This document shows, one piece after another, positions 37,884 to 50,334 of a DNA stretch of 64,000 nt. Made by a program: the position numbers and the translations under genes. The notes beneath the pieces are model-generated. The model saw only the letters and a list, made by a program, of their open reading frames with translations, was not told where the DNA came from and did no database searches. This DNA is from Pseudovirgaria hyperparasitica (lineage: Eukaryota): assembly GCA_010093815.1 (NCBI GenBank), contig ML996571.1, one strand, 5' to 3'. The stretch's first letter is position 1; every line of letters begins with the position of its first letter.

Positions 37884-39875
37884 ATGTTCCAACTCTTCCG
37901 GCGGCAGCATATCCAAGACCACGACTCAGCAACGAACGTCACAGAACACTGGGGATACCCAAGCCGGGTCGTACCATGTGTCAACGATGTCGGATCTTGC
38001 CAATATCTTGACGCCGTATACTGGATGCATGATACGTCCATGCTGTATTCCTTCATTCTCTGGGCGGTCATTGGGAGTATATTGTTGATATGGCTTCTCG
38101 GTCGAACATTTAAGCCTTCGTCAAGATCAACGCCATGGGACTGGGAATCCCAAAAGGCCAGCAATAGGGGCGTTGTTTACCGCGCGGCTCGAGCATTCTC
38201 AGCGCAGGCCAGACGGTGGCTACTACCGGAGAGTATGACGAGAATCTTTGGACACACATCGCGGATACAGCTTCTCGTCTTGGCTGTCCTGAGTGGCTAT
38301 CTTATCATATTCAGTTTTGTTGGTATCGTGTACAAGACCTGGGTCACGCCCGTCAAGAACTCCGACAAGTTCAACACCCGCACCGGACTGGGTGGATTTT
38401 CTGATCGCATTGGTGTGTTGGCATATGCCCTGACCCCTTTCTCAGTCCTCCTTTCCAGCAGAGAGAGCATTCTCTCCATCGTCACCGGCATTCCTTACCA
38501 CCACTTTAACTTCCTCCATCGATGGCTTGGCCGTATCATCTTCATCCAGTCCTTCGTCCACACCGTTGGCTGGATCGTCGTCGAAGCGAGATTGTACCAA
38601 CCCCAGCCTAAGGTCTGGAACACCTTTGTTAACCAGCCGTACATCATCTGGGGCTGGGTCGCCATGATATTAATCACATTCCTCTACGTCTTCAGCATCC
38701 GTCGCGTAATTCGTTGGACTGGCTACGAGTTCTTCCGCAAGACGCACTACATCGTCGCAGGTCTCTATTTCGGCGCATGCTGGGCTCACTGGGCTCGTCT
38801 CGTATGTTGGATGATTGCCGCCCTAGGACTATTCCTTGTCGATCGCGGCGTGCGCCTCCTCCGCACCTGTCTCATTCACTTTGGCTACAAGCACGGCGAG
38901 CGAGGCTTCGGTTTCCGCTCCTCCCCAGCCCGTGTACAGGCCTTTGTCGATCCGGAAAGCACCGTGCTGCGAGTCACGTTCGAGGCGAATCACGATCCGT
39001 GGGCCATTGGACAGCATTACTTTGTATGCTTTCCCGAGCTGTCGATCTGGCAGAGCCATCCTTTCACGCCGGCGAGTGTGCCGAACGCTCACCCTGCTCT
39101 GCCAGAGCATACTTATATCATTCGCGCGCTAGGCGGACAGACGGCGAAGCTTGCGCAACTGGCACAAGAGAAGGAGAAGACAGACGTCTGTGAAACACCG
39201 GTGATCATCACTGGGCCGTATGGTACACCGGTGATCGACCCTGCGTACTCCCACATCCTGGCCATCGCTGGAGGTACGGGCATATCATTCACGTTACCCA
39301 TCGCGATGGCAGCTGCGACGAGGCGTTCTGCATCAAACGCATCAGTCCATCTAGTATGGATCATACGACACGCAGACAACATCTCCTGGCTAGCAGACGA
39401 GCTCACGCTGCTCAAAGACCTCATGGCCCGCGGCGCCACAGACCTAAAAATTAGCATATACATCACACGAGACGCGAGCAGGCCGACCTCGAACCAAGGC
39501 TCCGTCTCCACCAAAGACGCATCTCTGCGGAAGGAGGCCGAAAAGACAGACAATGAAATCACAACAACGTCTACATCTATTTCATCCGGCGCTGACGCGT
39601 GCTGCTGTGCGCCGACTGCGGGAACACTTCTCTCCCCGAGCCGAAACTTCAGCATACATTACCTCGCAGACCACCACCCGTCCATGCCCAAGATCCTCGA
39701 CGAGTACATCGCGGACACGCTCGTGGACGGGCCGATCCAAGTCGCCGCTTCCGGTCCGCCTGGTCTGGGTGCTGATATCAGGCAGGCTGTGGCATCGCGG
39801 AACAGCGGTGCGCGCGTGTGGAGGGGTGACTGGAGTGCGGATGTAGACTTGGTATGGGACGATCGGGCCGTGTGA
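37884..39875 (+). CDS. Ferric/cupric reductase (FRE family)
   Basis: Transmembrane helices with HRWLGR..H and H..H heme ligands, HPFT (FAD), GPYG, AGGTG (NADPH); intronless 663 aa. Confidence 0.92.
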   Translation: MFQLFRRQHIQDHDSATNVTEHWGYPSRVVPCVNDVGSCQYLDAVYWMHDTSMLYSFILWAVIGSILLIWLLGRTFKPSSRSTPWDWESQKASNRGVVYRAARAFSAQARRWLLPESMTRIFGHTSRIQLLVLAVLSGYLIIFSFVGIVYKTWVTPVKNSDKFNTRTGLGGFSDRIGVLAYALTPFSVLLSSRESILSIVTGIPYHHFNFLHRWLGRIIFIQSFVHTVGWIVVEARLYQPQPKVWNTFVNQPYIIWGWVAMILITFLYVFSIRRVIRWTGYEFFRKTHYIVAGLYFGACWAHWARLVCWMIAALGLFLVDRGVRLLRTCLIHFGYKHGERGFGFRSSPARVQAFVDPESTVLRVTFEANHDPWAIGQHYFVCFPELSIWQSHPFTPASVPNAHPALPEHTYIIRALGGQTAKLAQLAQEKEKTDVCETPVIITGPYGTPVIDPAYSHILAIAGGTGISFTLPIAMAAATRRSASNASVHLVWIIRHADNISWLADELTLLKDLMARGATDLKISIYITRDASRPTSNQGSVSTKDASLRKEAEKTDNEITTTSTSISSGADACCCAPTAGTLLSPSRNFSIHYLADHHPSMPKILDEYIADTLVDGPIQVAASGPPGLGADIRQAVASRNSGARVWRGDWSADVDLVWDDRAV

Positions 39876-41276
39876 TGTTGCTTGCTTTGGCGTCTTGGTT
39901 AGGGTTTATTGCTATCATAGTAACATCGTCGTAGTTGCAAATGAATTGTTCAAAGACAATACAAAGACGCTATATTCGTTCCTGTATCACCCCTCTTCAC
40001 ATACTCACCGCCCTCACACTCCTCTTCACAGACCTCCCATTCTCGCAAAGCAGACACACCACACCTCACCACACCTCACCACACCTCACCACACCACACC
40101 AACCCGACACAATCACCGCCAGCTCCTACACACATATATATATCCCCCCCTCCTCTCTTCTACTCACAACCACAGATAGCACACGAAGTCTTCATGTGCT
40201 GTGGGTACCCTCGCGAAAGGTAGCAACTTCTACATCCTCTCACGAAAACTCAACCCACCGCATAAAGACGCATGTATCTACTGCGACGACGAAGGCAAGC
40301 TAGTTCCTGTCGCCGGCAAGTAGCAATTACATCCTACACGGCGAGGATCCATTCTCTGCTGTGTGCGTTCCGTACTCGTGGGGCCTTTGCGTACAGTGGT
40401 GATGATGATGGTCATCACCATCACAATCTGTAACTAATCCGAGCGTTTAATATTCCGCACTCCACACTCGTGAGTCTTGAATAGCAGTGATGCTAATCAT
40501 CATCATCACCACCACCACCACAACCACAACCCACAACCACCACCACAACCACCACCACAGCCATCATCATAATATAGAGATAAGAGCCGCCGAACACCAC
40601 AGAAAGCCCATAAAATCAGGTCTAGGTCCTCGTCGCACCGCACGTATACTACTACTACCAGAACAGACCAGCCCAGCCCAGAACAGAACAGAACAGAACA
40701 GAGTAATTAGATGCAAGAAAGCACACAAACCTAATACATAGATCATCCATCCTTTATATTACGTATATGCATGCATATCCGTACCCGGCACTTTCCAATC
40801 CTCCACCCTTCCACCCTTTCACACCCCCACCCTCACCTCCATAAATACACACACACACATAAAACATACAACACAAACCCGGCCCTAACTCCTAGTATAG
40901 CAAATCCTTCACCTCAACCGACAACCACGCATGACGAGAGGGAAGGGGGAAATTGCGGGACCGGCGCAAGTCATGTTTTCTTGAAATGTGTGTGCGTGTG
41001 GACGTTTATGCCTAGATATGTGCGAGCGAGCCGTCCATTAGATGATGGTGTGGCTTTGTTTGTGGGGGGGTTGGGGGGGGGTTTCTTTTAACGTGATACT
41101 GATTGTCAGCATCCTTTGTATGTCGTCAATGGTGGACTATATTCGGAAGATCATGGTAATGGTTCGTATTACTATTTATCTGTCTATATCGTAAATGCAT
41201 GTTCGTCATGCGCCCGTAGGCATCTCCGATCCGATCTACCATTGCACTAACTTATCACCGGGTAGGAAGTAATGCA

Positions 41277-42683
41277 TCATTGCTGTCCGTATATGGACAG
41301 TATGTTCGTCGAGTTGCTGTAGTCGACGCCACACAAGCCGTCAAAGTCGCCAAACATCTCGCCTCTTGCCTTGATGAACTCCTGGAACCCGCTCAGCCCA
41401 CAGCTCTCTGCCGGACCATCCACACAGCCCGGTAGCGGTTGCGGGGCCTGGTTGACCAGCACTCGGATAAACTCGCCTGGCTCATATCCGTAGGAATCGC
41501 AGCTCAATTTCTCCATGGCAATGTTTGACAAGAACGGGAGGATACGAGACGATTGCCAGACGCGATTGGTGCTGATTTGAGTCAGCGGCATGGTTGCGTT
41601 GTAGTCCAACGAGTTGGTGAATGCGGTGTTGTTGAACAAGCCCAGTGCGACCAGGACGTTTGGTGGTAGCTCACGATGAGCAAAGGATACATACAGATCC
41701 TGGATGTCGGAGCTGTTTGCCGGCGCAAGAAGCAGCTGCGCGGTTGCGTTAGTCCAGGGGAAGCCTTGAGCGCCAGAAATGCCTGGAGAGCCGTAGCCAA
41801 GCGAGTGATGGTACATGATATCGTTCATATACTCAAAGGAGAGCCACTCGTTCGGTGTGAAGAGGGAGAGGGAACAAAAGGGCGATTCACCGCGGATGAC
41901 GGTCTCGTAACCACAGAGCTGCTGCATTCCGACCACGTCGGACATGGTAAAGTTGAAAGCGGAGGCTTGGGCATTGAGACGCTCAACGATGGGCTTGGTG
42001 TAGATCTTTTGGTAGGTCTAGGAAAGTCAGCTTTTGTGCATGATCGTCAATCGGTAGATATTCACCCCAGATTGCTCACTGCCCCGCGAGCCGCTGTAGT
42101 TGGGGCACGTCTGATGGGGCGTCAGACTATCTGCACCCTCTTCGCTGGCCTCACTGATACCCTCAAGCTTTGTGGAGTTCTGGCCAACAGTGTATCCATC
42201 AATGAAACTCTGTGCGCTGATTGTGGTCCTCTCAGCCGTGCTGGCCCATACTTTTCCTGGCTTGTTGAATCCCTTTCCGCCTTTCGCGTATTGGTATCTT
42301 TGTTTGACCTGAACCCCGAGCTTGAAGGCCTCAAGCTCGCCGACCTTTGTCAAGTCCTCGAGATCCTCGTCTTCAATTGGGCTCTTCCATGTCGTCAGAA
42401 AGCTCAAATCTCTCGTCTTGCTCCAATCTGCAGTCGTATTGCCCAACTTCATTACAAAGGGCTCGATATAGCTCTCGAAGTCGAAATCGTTGGCGTAGAT
42501 TGCTGCATGACGAACGATATAGGCAGCGCGAGTGACGTTACAGCCTTGAGGCGGAGCTGGGTCAGACGGAGGGTCTTCAGGCTCAAAGTATGGAGCAATG
42601 CCGGCCAGATGTTCGAGTGGGTCAAACGAGTAGGCCGCAGCCACGGAGAAAGCTAGAGGAGCGAGAGCTGCCGATGAACGCAT
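41277..42683 (-). CDS. Secreted histidine acid phosphatase / 3-phytase-like
   Basis: Signal peptide; FDPLEHLAGIAPY, VRHAAIY, SFAHRE, RVLVNQ; one intron ~42018-42065. Confidence 0.9.
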
Positions 42684-44816
42684 TGCGGCGGTCAAGGTGG
42701 AAAAGGAGGAATAATCGATGAGGTGTGAGGAGGATAGTCTGACAGGCGTTGAGGAGAAGTCATGGTTGTTAGCGTGGATTGGGCTCTATAAAGGCCCAGC
42801 AGCGATCTCGATTTGTTTACAGCGATGACGATGACGGACGGAGGTGAACGGGCATGACGTGAAGCTTGGAAAGACGGGAAACAGGGTAGATCGCGTGCTA
42901 ACGGTCTTCGGATAGCGCCAGGTCCCGTCTCGCGCACGTCTGACCGTGATTCGCGCACAAGAGCAATAGTGGAGATGCCAAATCTGCATTGAGGATAGAG
43001 TTTGGGTGAAATGAGAGCGGAATGACGATGAATGAACGAGCGCCGCAGAGAATCCTAATGAGATGCAAGTTAAAGAAGCTTGAGCACCGACAAGCTCACG
43101 CCACATCTCAGTGGCTGATGCTTCTCTACCTACCACAACTCTGGCCTAGGGTTGTCCACTGACAATACTGGCAATCTATCTTACCCAACGAGGCTCGAGC
43201 GACCTGATCTGTGTCCACGGTGAAAGGAGCCATGCCATTCGTGTTGTACAACCAAGATATAGTGCTTCAATCGAACTGGCCCTCTCCGACCCACTTCACA
43301 CTCGGTCCGGGAGATGCGATACAGGCCGGTGGATGTGGTTGATTTGCGGAATTCGGGGATTTTGCGTATGCGCTGACATGCCGGCAATCAACGAATAGAA
43401 AAGTATTAGCAGGCACAATCGCAGACTAAGCCGCCGTAGGAGTCGCGAACTACGCTCGTGCAGTTGTTTTGCTGCGTTAAGGAGGGCACCTTCAAGACAG
43501 GTTTGGAAGTTGACAGACGATGAGAAGCTCCCAGCGACTCCTCCGAGTGCTCGACGGATTCAAACAGATGGACGACTCTATTCGCGAGCCCTGGCTATTC
43601 CATTACTTGGGTGTCGAGGGAAGTCTTACACTAAGCTCAACATTTACCACTCAATACTGCATGGTGTACAGCCATTTCACAAGCTGCATATGGCGTAAAC
43701 GTCCTATCATCATCTAATGGATCCTACAAGCCATTAAGCCAGACATCATGCTAGACGTCATGCCAGAATCACCAAGAATACTCGAAGACATCTCACATAC
43801 TGGATAGGATGTTCATCAGACGACTACGAAGTTGCCCTCGGAACTCGAAATAGGTTGCCAAGCTCTCGATGAGGGGCCTAGGGCCACTGGCGAGAGAGCA
43901 TTCTACCGCGCCTATTCCATGGCCCGTTGCCCTGGGTGCGGACGGTCTTTATATCGCCCGAGATTGGAAAACCACCAACACAACGCCCGAATGTATGCTG
44001 GAATGGACGATCGAATGTATGCTGCTGTCGATGAAGGATTAGGTACTCTCACAAGCTGGCATGAATATGGTGAGACTGGAGAGGAAATATAGTCCGAAAT
44101 GCGAAAGCCATATCAATGCTCCGGCACATCCGCCGGGTCAGCCGGCAAGACGGTGTCGGGGGTAATTAATTACACACATACGCAGGGAGGTTAAAGGGGT
44201 GGAGTCCCCACCGGAGGCTAAGCGAGGCTTCTGCAGTGCAACCCAACGTTACTTCAACTCTGCTTTCACTCTATCGAACTATCTTCTATCTATAGCTCCT
44301 TCATAGTAGTAGCACTTACCATCACTTCGGGCATCACCACAGCCACCATATACTCGAATGAATGAATAATGACGAGGGCCAAGCTGCTGTGGCGCTCGGC
44401 CGACAGCCACGCGTGCTGGCTACTGCAGACTTCTAGAACCCCAGTTTCTGGTGGTGCCACTGGCCACTGTATTCGATAAATTAGCTGACTTTTCACATCT
44501 TACTATTGGCTCGCTTTGGCTCGTTCTATCCCCTGTATTTCTTAAAACAATTGATCGACTGCTTGGACTTCCTTTACCGGAGTGGTCTCCTTGACGTTGG
44601 TATGGCTGGCGCATCATACCTTGCCTTGCCTCTCTGAAGTTACACGAGGATACGATGCAAAAAATACGCCTCCATGTCATCTTCATATCATGCCCTCGAC
44701 GTTGATACAAAAGGCTTCTATGCCACCCTGGCACTTCATCTAGTATCCGCTCATCTTCGACTGCACCTTGACAAACACATCCATCACCACTTATCGGTCC
44801 TATCACCGCCATCAAG

Positions 44817-46538
44817 ATGCAGCGCAGTCTCGTTGCAAGCCTCGCGCTACTGGGCTCGGTTTCTGCAGCATATGTCTGGCCATCAACACAAGATCCCATA
44901 GATGATCTGCTATATCTCCAGTCCGGGTACATCCGTTTCGGCTCTCTATCAGACCGTGCGTCACCTCTCCGGTGCCAACCAGAAACTCCTTTGCTAATGC
45001 ACAGTAGAGGTCTCATCATGCGGTTTCGGTGCGGGCTCGCCAGGAATCCAAAAGTCGGCGGAATGGGTCAGAACTGCTTTCCATGACGCTGCAACACATG
45101 ATGCAGCTGCAGGTACTGGAGGCGTCGACGGCTCTATCCAGTACGAGCTGGAGCGACCGGAGAACTTGGGCGCTGCACTCAACCACACATTGGCAGATAT
45201 TTCGAGTTCAGTGAACGTACATAGCTCAGCTGCCGATCTCCTATCTCTGGCCCTCGTGATTGCTGTCGCGAGGTGTGGTGATCTCGAAGTCCCGTTGCGG
45301 CTCGGTCGGAAGGATGCTACAGAGGCTGGAATCAAGGGGGTCCCAGAGGCTCACACAGATCTGGAAACAACGAGAAATAGGTTTCAGATTGCCGGATTCA
45401 ATGAGGGTAAGATCCAATCTGTACAATTCAATAATTCAACGGTCTGACGTTTCTGATAGCGGATATGATCACCCTTGTTGCGTGCGGACATACTCTCGGC
45501 GGCGTCCACTCTGTTGATCACCCCGAGATCGTAACAGGCACAGTCGACCCAGCCAATGTCGCCCGTTTCGACAACACAACAGACAAGTTCGACACCAAGG
45601 TCGTGACCGAATACCTCGACAACTCGAGCCGCAACCCCCTCCTCCGCAACACAAACGACACCCTCAACTCCGACAAACGCGTCTTCGCCGCCGATGGCAA
45701 CGTCACGATGAACAAACTCGCAGACGCCACCTACTACAAAGCCCAATGCGAATCCGTCTTCACCCGCATGCTCGACCTCGTCCCCAGCGACGTCACCCTC
45801 AGCGAGCCACTCCAACCCGCCGACATCAGACCCTACATCACCAAATACCAACTCAGCAGCAACGGGTCCGTCGAGCTCGCCGGCCGCATCCGCATCCGCA
45901 CATCCCCCGACTCCGGCCGCGTAGCCACAGACCTCAAAGTCAGCCTCCTCCCCACCGACCGCAACGGCCAAAGCATCCAAGAAATCACCACCACGGCCGC
46001 GACAGCCAAGGGAGGCGACTCCTTCGGCTACCTCAAGGAACGCTTCAACTGGTTCGAATTCAGCAAAGTCCTCCCCGCCACCACCGGCCTGAGCGGCTTC
46101 AACATCAAACTCACCGTCCCCTCATCCGGCCTCTCAACCACATACGACAACGCCGGCGCAGCAGGCGGCTTCGCCCTGAACCCAGACATCACCTTTCAAC
46201 AGCCCCAATCCTGCGTCTCCTTTGACTCCGCAACAAACAAAGGCACCCTAACCCTCACAACAGCCATCTCCAAGAAAGCCCTCGCGTCAGGCGCAACGCC
46301 ACAGGTCCGCCTCGTGCAGCGCATCGACCAGCCGCGCAACTTCATCCCCAAGCTCGAGCAGCAAGTCATCCAGATGACGCCCGCGGGCAAGGAGACGGCC
46401 GAGTACGTATACTACCGCGCGACTGGGACGGTGGGCCGGAACGGGCTGCAGACGACGTTTGACGTCGAGGTTGGGGAGTCGAAGTTGTTGTTTCAGGAGA
46501 CGACGGCGCTTGTGGGGACGACGTGTGGGGCGTTGTGA
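44817..46538 (+). CDS. Secreted heme peroxidase (hybrid-B / peroxidase-catalase superfamily)
   Basis: Signal peptide; WVRTAFHDA (distal R/F/H), GGVDGSI, GRKDA, VACGHTLGGVH (proximal H), FDNT; two introns. Confidence 0.88.
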
Positions 46539-46807
46539 TTGTTTTCTTTTTGTACTACTACTGGATAGATATATAATGTTTAAGCGTTAATTGTAATTAT
46601 TTGTTGATACCTTTCGAGCACGTGCTGAGTCACTATGCTGAAGGGGGTTTAGACCTGGCTTTGCTGGTCCTACTGCTCCTGCCTGTTCTCAAGATGCCTC
46701 CGGCTCGACGCAACTGCCAGGTTTGTACTTGACATTGTTATTCTAGGTAGGTACGCTTCTTGTCTCTTTCTGTTTCTGTCTCGACCTTAGTCTATGGTAT
46801 CTCAGGT

Positions 46808-46900
46808 CCCCCCCCCCCCCCAAAAAAAAAAAAAAAAAAAAAAAAACCTCTTCTCTTTTTCTCTCTCTCTCTCTCTCTATTTCTCTCTCTCTCTCTCTTT
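46808..46900. repeat. poly(C)-poly(A)-(CT)n simple repeat cluster
   Basis: Runs are directly visible in the sequence. Confidence 0.9.
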
Positions 46901-47582
46901 CTGTCTCTATGAAACCCCAGATATCTTATCAATCACCACAGCCCAGAACCTACGATGTTATCATTACTGGGACATACCGAATCCAGCGAAGGATGTATGT
47001 GCTAGTAGTGACCCTAGCTTTCCATGACTACGTGATTGCTCTCGAATAGTGCGGGCAGTCCGTGAACGAAGCTTGGTGTGATATCATTGCCTTCTTTGTT
47101 GGATGAAGCGATCTTCTTAGGGAGCCAAGAAATAAACCTTGTATCGCCGATTATGGAATAATGTACTCGCAAGACAAGGACACGGGACAGTGACGCATGA
47201 TGATCTTGGAAGGTCAGTTTACAGTCCGGCTTTGTTCTTCCAGCGTTGTGCAGAGTTCGGCTACATTGTTAACATACCACAGGGAAGGCCGGGAAATGTA
47301 TGAGAGATTCTGGGTTACTGGCTTGGAATCTTGCCATCAGCACGCGTCACGCCAAGTTTTTGAGGGTTTGTCATTCACACAAGGAACAGCAGCACAAGGA
47401 GCACAATCTATATAAACCAGGCACCGCCTCGCCAGTACCACGTTCGACAAACAACTTCAAGGACACCTCCCCAGTACAGCACCTACCTACCTACCTACCT
47501 ACCTACCTACCTACCTACCATCTACCCGACCTATACAGCAGAACACCACTCTAGAACTAGCCACCCTCCAACCACCATAACC

Positions 47583-48026
47583 ATGACAAACCCGCAAGCC
47601 ATCACAGAGCCCCAAAAAACACCCTCCGCTCCTCTCCTTCCCCCAGCCGCAGCGAGAGACCCCCAGAAACTCTATGAAGAACCCGCCGAGACATTTGAGG
47701 ACCTCCTCAAACGAATGCGAGATTCCCCCAAGAACGCCCACGAAGAATTAGTAGGCCAATACGGCCCGGCGTTGCGCTGTTATGCCGATGGAAGAACAAA
47801 AGAAATTTATTGTCCCCTTTGTGATGAATACCCCATGGGATTGATCAATTATGCAAAGCATTTGGCATTGCCATTGCGTAGACACATTATTGAAAAACTG
47901 GCAGCATTCTTAGAGCGGCAGGAAAACAATAGACAATTCTGGCGTGCTCGTGTAGAGAAGGGTTCTCCCCTTCCGGAGTTCGTGCAGAACAAACTACTTC
48001 GAGGCGATCTTGGATCAGATATGTAA
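47583..48026 (+). CDS. Small hypothetical protein with a possible C2H2-type zinc finger
   Basis: 147-aa ORF with an ACCATGA start context and TATATAAA at ~47409; CPLC-x12-H-x7-H. Confidence 0.55.
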   Translation: MTNPQAITEPQKTPSAPLLPPAAARDPQKLYEEPAETFEDLLKRMRDSPKNAHEELVGQYGPALRCYADGRTKEIYCPLCDEYPMGLINYAKHLALPLRRHIIEKLAAFLERQENNRQFWRARVEKGSPLPEFVQNKLLRGDLGSDM

Positions 48027-48203
48027 AATATAGAGCGAGTTTTCATAATTCAATCTTCTTACACCTTTTTTTTTTTAAAAAAAACCCCTCTCTTCCCTAG
48101 CTCTATCAAACAACTAATAGATAGTTAGAGTAAGTAAGTCAAGTAAAAACACTAATAATTAATCTAGAGCGACCTATTCAGAAGGAGACTTTGGCATTTC
48201 TTT

Positions 48204-48422
48204 TACTACTACTTACTACTTACTCCTACTACTTACTCCTACTACTTACTCCTACTACTTACTCCTACTACTTACTCCTACTACTTACTCCTACTACTTA
48301 CTACTTACTACTTATTACTTATTAGTGATAGGGACGTGAGTAGAGCTGTTGTATATAGTAAGTATAAATAGATAAGAACTTCTTCTTCTTCCTCTTCTTC
48401 TTCTTCCTCTTCTTCTTCCTCT

Positions 48423-48454
<32 letters not shown>

Positions 48455-48500
48455 TTCTTCTTCTTCTTCTTCTTCTTCTTCTTCTTCTTCTTCTTCTTCC
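48204..48500. repeat. 13-bp minisatellite (CCTACTACTTACT)n followed by a (CTT)n tract
   Basis: Tandem units at ~48204-48320 and ~48378-48500 in AT-rich DNA. Confidence 0.9.
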
Positions 48501-49192
48501 TTTACTTCTTACTTCCTCCCTCAACTTAGATTAATAATAATAACACCCAATGTCTCTCTAAAACAGCCAACTATCACTACCACCAAGCATTACAAAGCAA
48601 GCTCATGTATTTATGTGGCTGGGCCTTTGATTAGCTTGCATTAACGACAGGTGTAGTAGTCAGATGTAGTCAGGACAGGACAGGTCATGTGAGGACGAAT
48701 GGGTATTAAGGGAAGGAACGGTGCGGTACGGTCAACAAGCCGCGAGGCAGTCGCGTGCTTCATTCCACTAAGCAGCGCCGTAAGTAGCGGAAGCGGATCC
48801 AGTAGTTTTGCAACAACATGAACATGTACATGCATTCACGGCCAAGACAAGCACACGGCAAGAATAGAACGAGGACAGATGGCATGGTAGGTATATGCTA
48901 TACAATACAGACAGGCCACTTGAAAAAGAAACCGTTAAATCGAGTCGTGAGACAACTTCCAAAAGACAGCAGAGCGTGTAGACGTGTTGCTTTCGCTCCA
49001 GAAAGAGCTGGCGGGGCTGATTAGCCTGTGTACATGAGCCGGTCGCCGCGACCGATGTTGTGGCTGGCTCGCGTGCTCTCCAAAAATAAAAAAAAGACAG
49101 TGTGGCTGATGAAACGCCACTTTATACTCCTAGACCTCTACCTCCAAGTGATACCGATACCAATGGCCCACACAAAATGATGACACGCTTGC

Positions 49193-50334
49193 CTAAGCCG
49201 TGAACGGCTTGTTGGGAGAGTGGTTGATTCGGTCCTTCCAGTACATCTGGTCTTGCGTCTCCTTCTCTTCGACCTCGAGAAGACGGGCGTGCTCGCGGCG
49301 ACCGAGACGGCGTTGCTTGATGCAGAAGAAGAGGAGGGCACATACGGCGATACCGAAACCGGCGACGGAGCCAGCGACGATACCAACACGTGCACCAGCT
49401 GGGAGGGCCCTCCAGTGGGCGGAGATGCCCTTGGGCTCTGCGATGCGCTTCTCGGCGTAGGATTGACCTCTGTGACGCGTGTTAGTCCATGTTCTATGTG
49501 CTAGAGAGTTGCTGCCACTTACTCAACCATCTTGATGCTCTCCCAACTTCCAGACCTGTCGCCAAACTCGTATTCCTTGGCATCGGAGAAATCGTGGACG
49601 TAAACAGACTCGACGGTCATGGTGAAGGGAGCCTCGCCAAAGTCGGTCTCACCACCAGCCCATTCAACAGTGCCCTTTGCGTTCTTCTCTGGGTCACCAC
49701 CGGCCCAGATACCCAAGCGTAGGTTGAGAGGAGTCTGAGGAAAGTTCTTGCCACCGTTGGCATCGCCATAGTTCAAGGTGCGGACCTTGTCGTCGTCAAT
49801 GTAAAAGTCGATCTTCTCCTTGGTCCAGTTGACAGTGTAGTTGTGCATCTTGTTCTGTGGGTCGTCGACGGGATGCCAGATGGCACGGTCGAAGGTGGTC
49901 TGGTTACCCTTGCCGAAGTAGTTGGTCTGGACGTGGGTGTTGTTGCCGCCAATGAATTCCCAATCAATCTCATCGAGATCGTCCGACTGCATGACAATGG
50001 AGGAGACGATACCTCTTCCCTTTGCCGCCTTCATGACGACGCTGAAGATACCACCCATGAGGTAGAACTTGGAGCCGACAGTTGGCGAGTCACCACGGCC
50101 ACCAACGGTGAATTCAGTACCCTTTTCAGCCCAGTTGAGGGCACCAGCAGTTGTGTTCCAGATCTTGTTGTCGAGCAATTGGCTGTTGGTCAGGTTGAAG
50201 GTTGCGTTCGTGGACAGGGCGGCATTGTTCGGGCAGTCATCGCGTTCCATGGGATTGCATGCTGTGAAGGTTTGGGCGACGGCCGAGGAGAAGAGGAGGG
50301 GGAGTGCGGAGACGGCGAGAGTGAAGTACTGCAT
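49193..50334 (-). CDS. GH16 Crh-family chitin transglycosylase with a C-terminal TM helix
   Basis: Signal peptide, CNP, SDDLDEIDWE, QTNYFGKG, GIWAGGD. Intron ~49470-49522; exon 2 encodes GIVAGSVAGFGIAVCALLFFC-IKQRR. Confidence 0.92.

Noticed and set aside
43500..44100. Possible pseudogene between the phosphatase and the peroxidase
   Set aside because: Short ORFs with no recognisable motif or consistent splice pattern.
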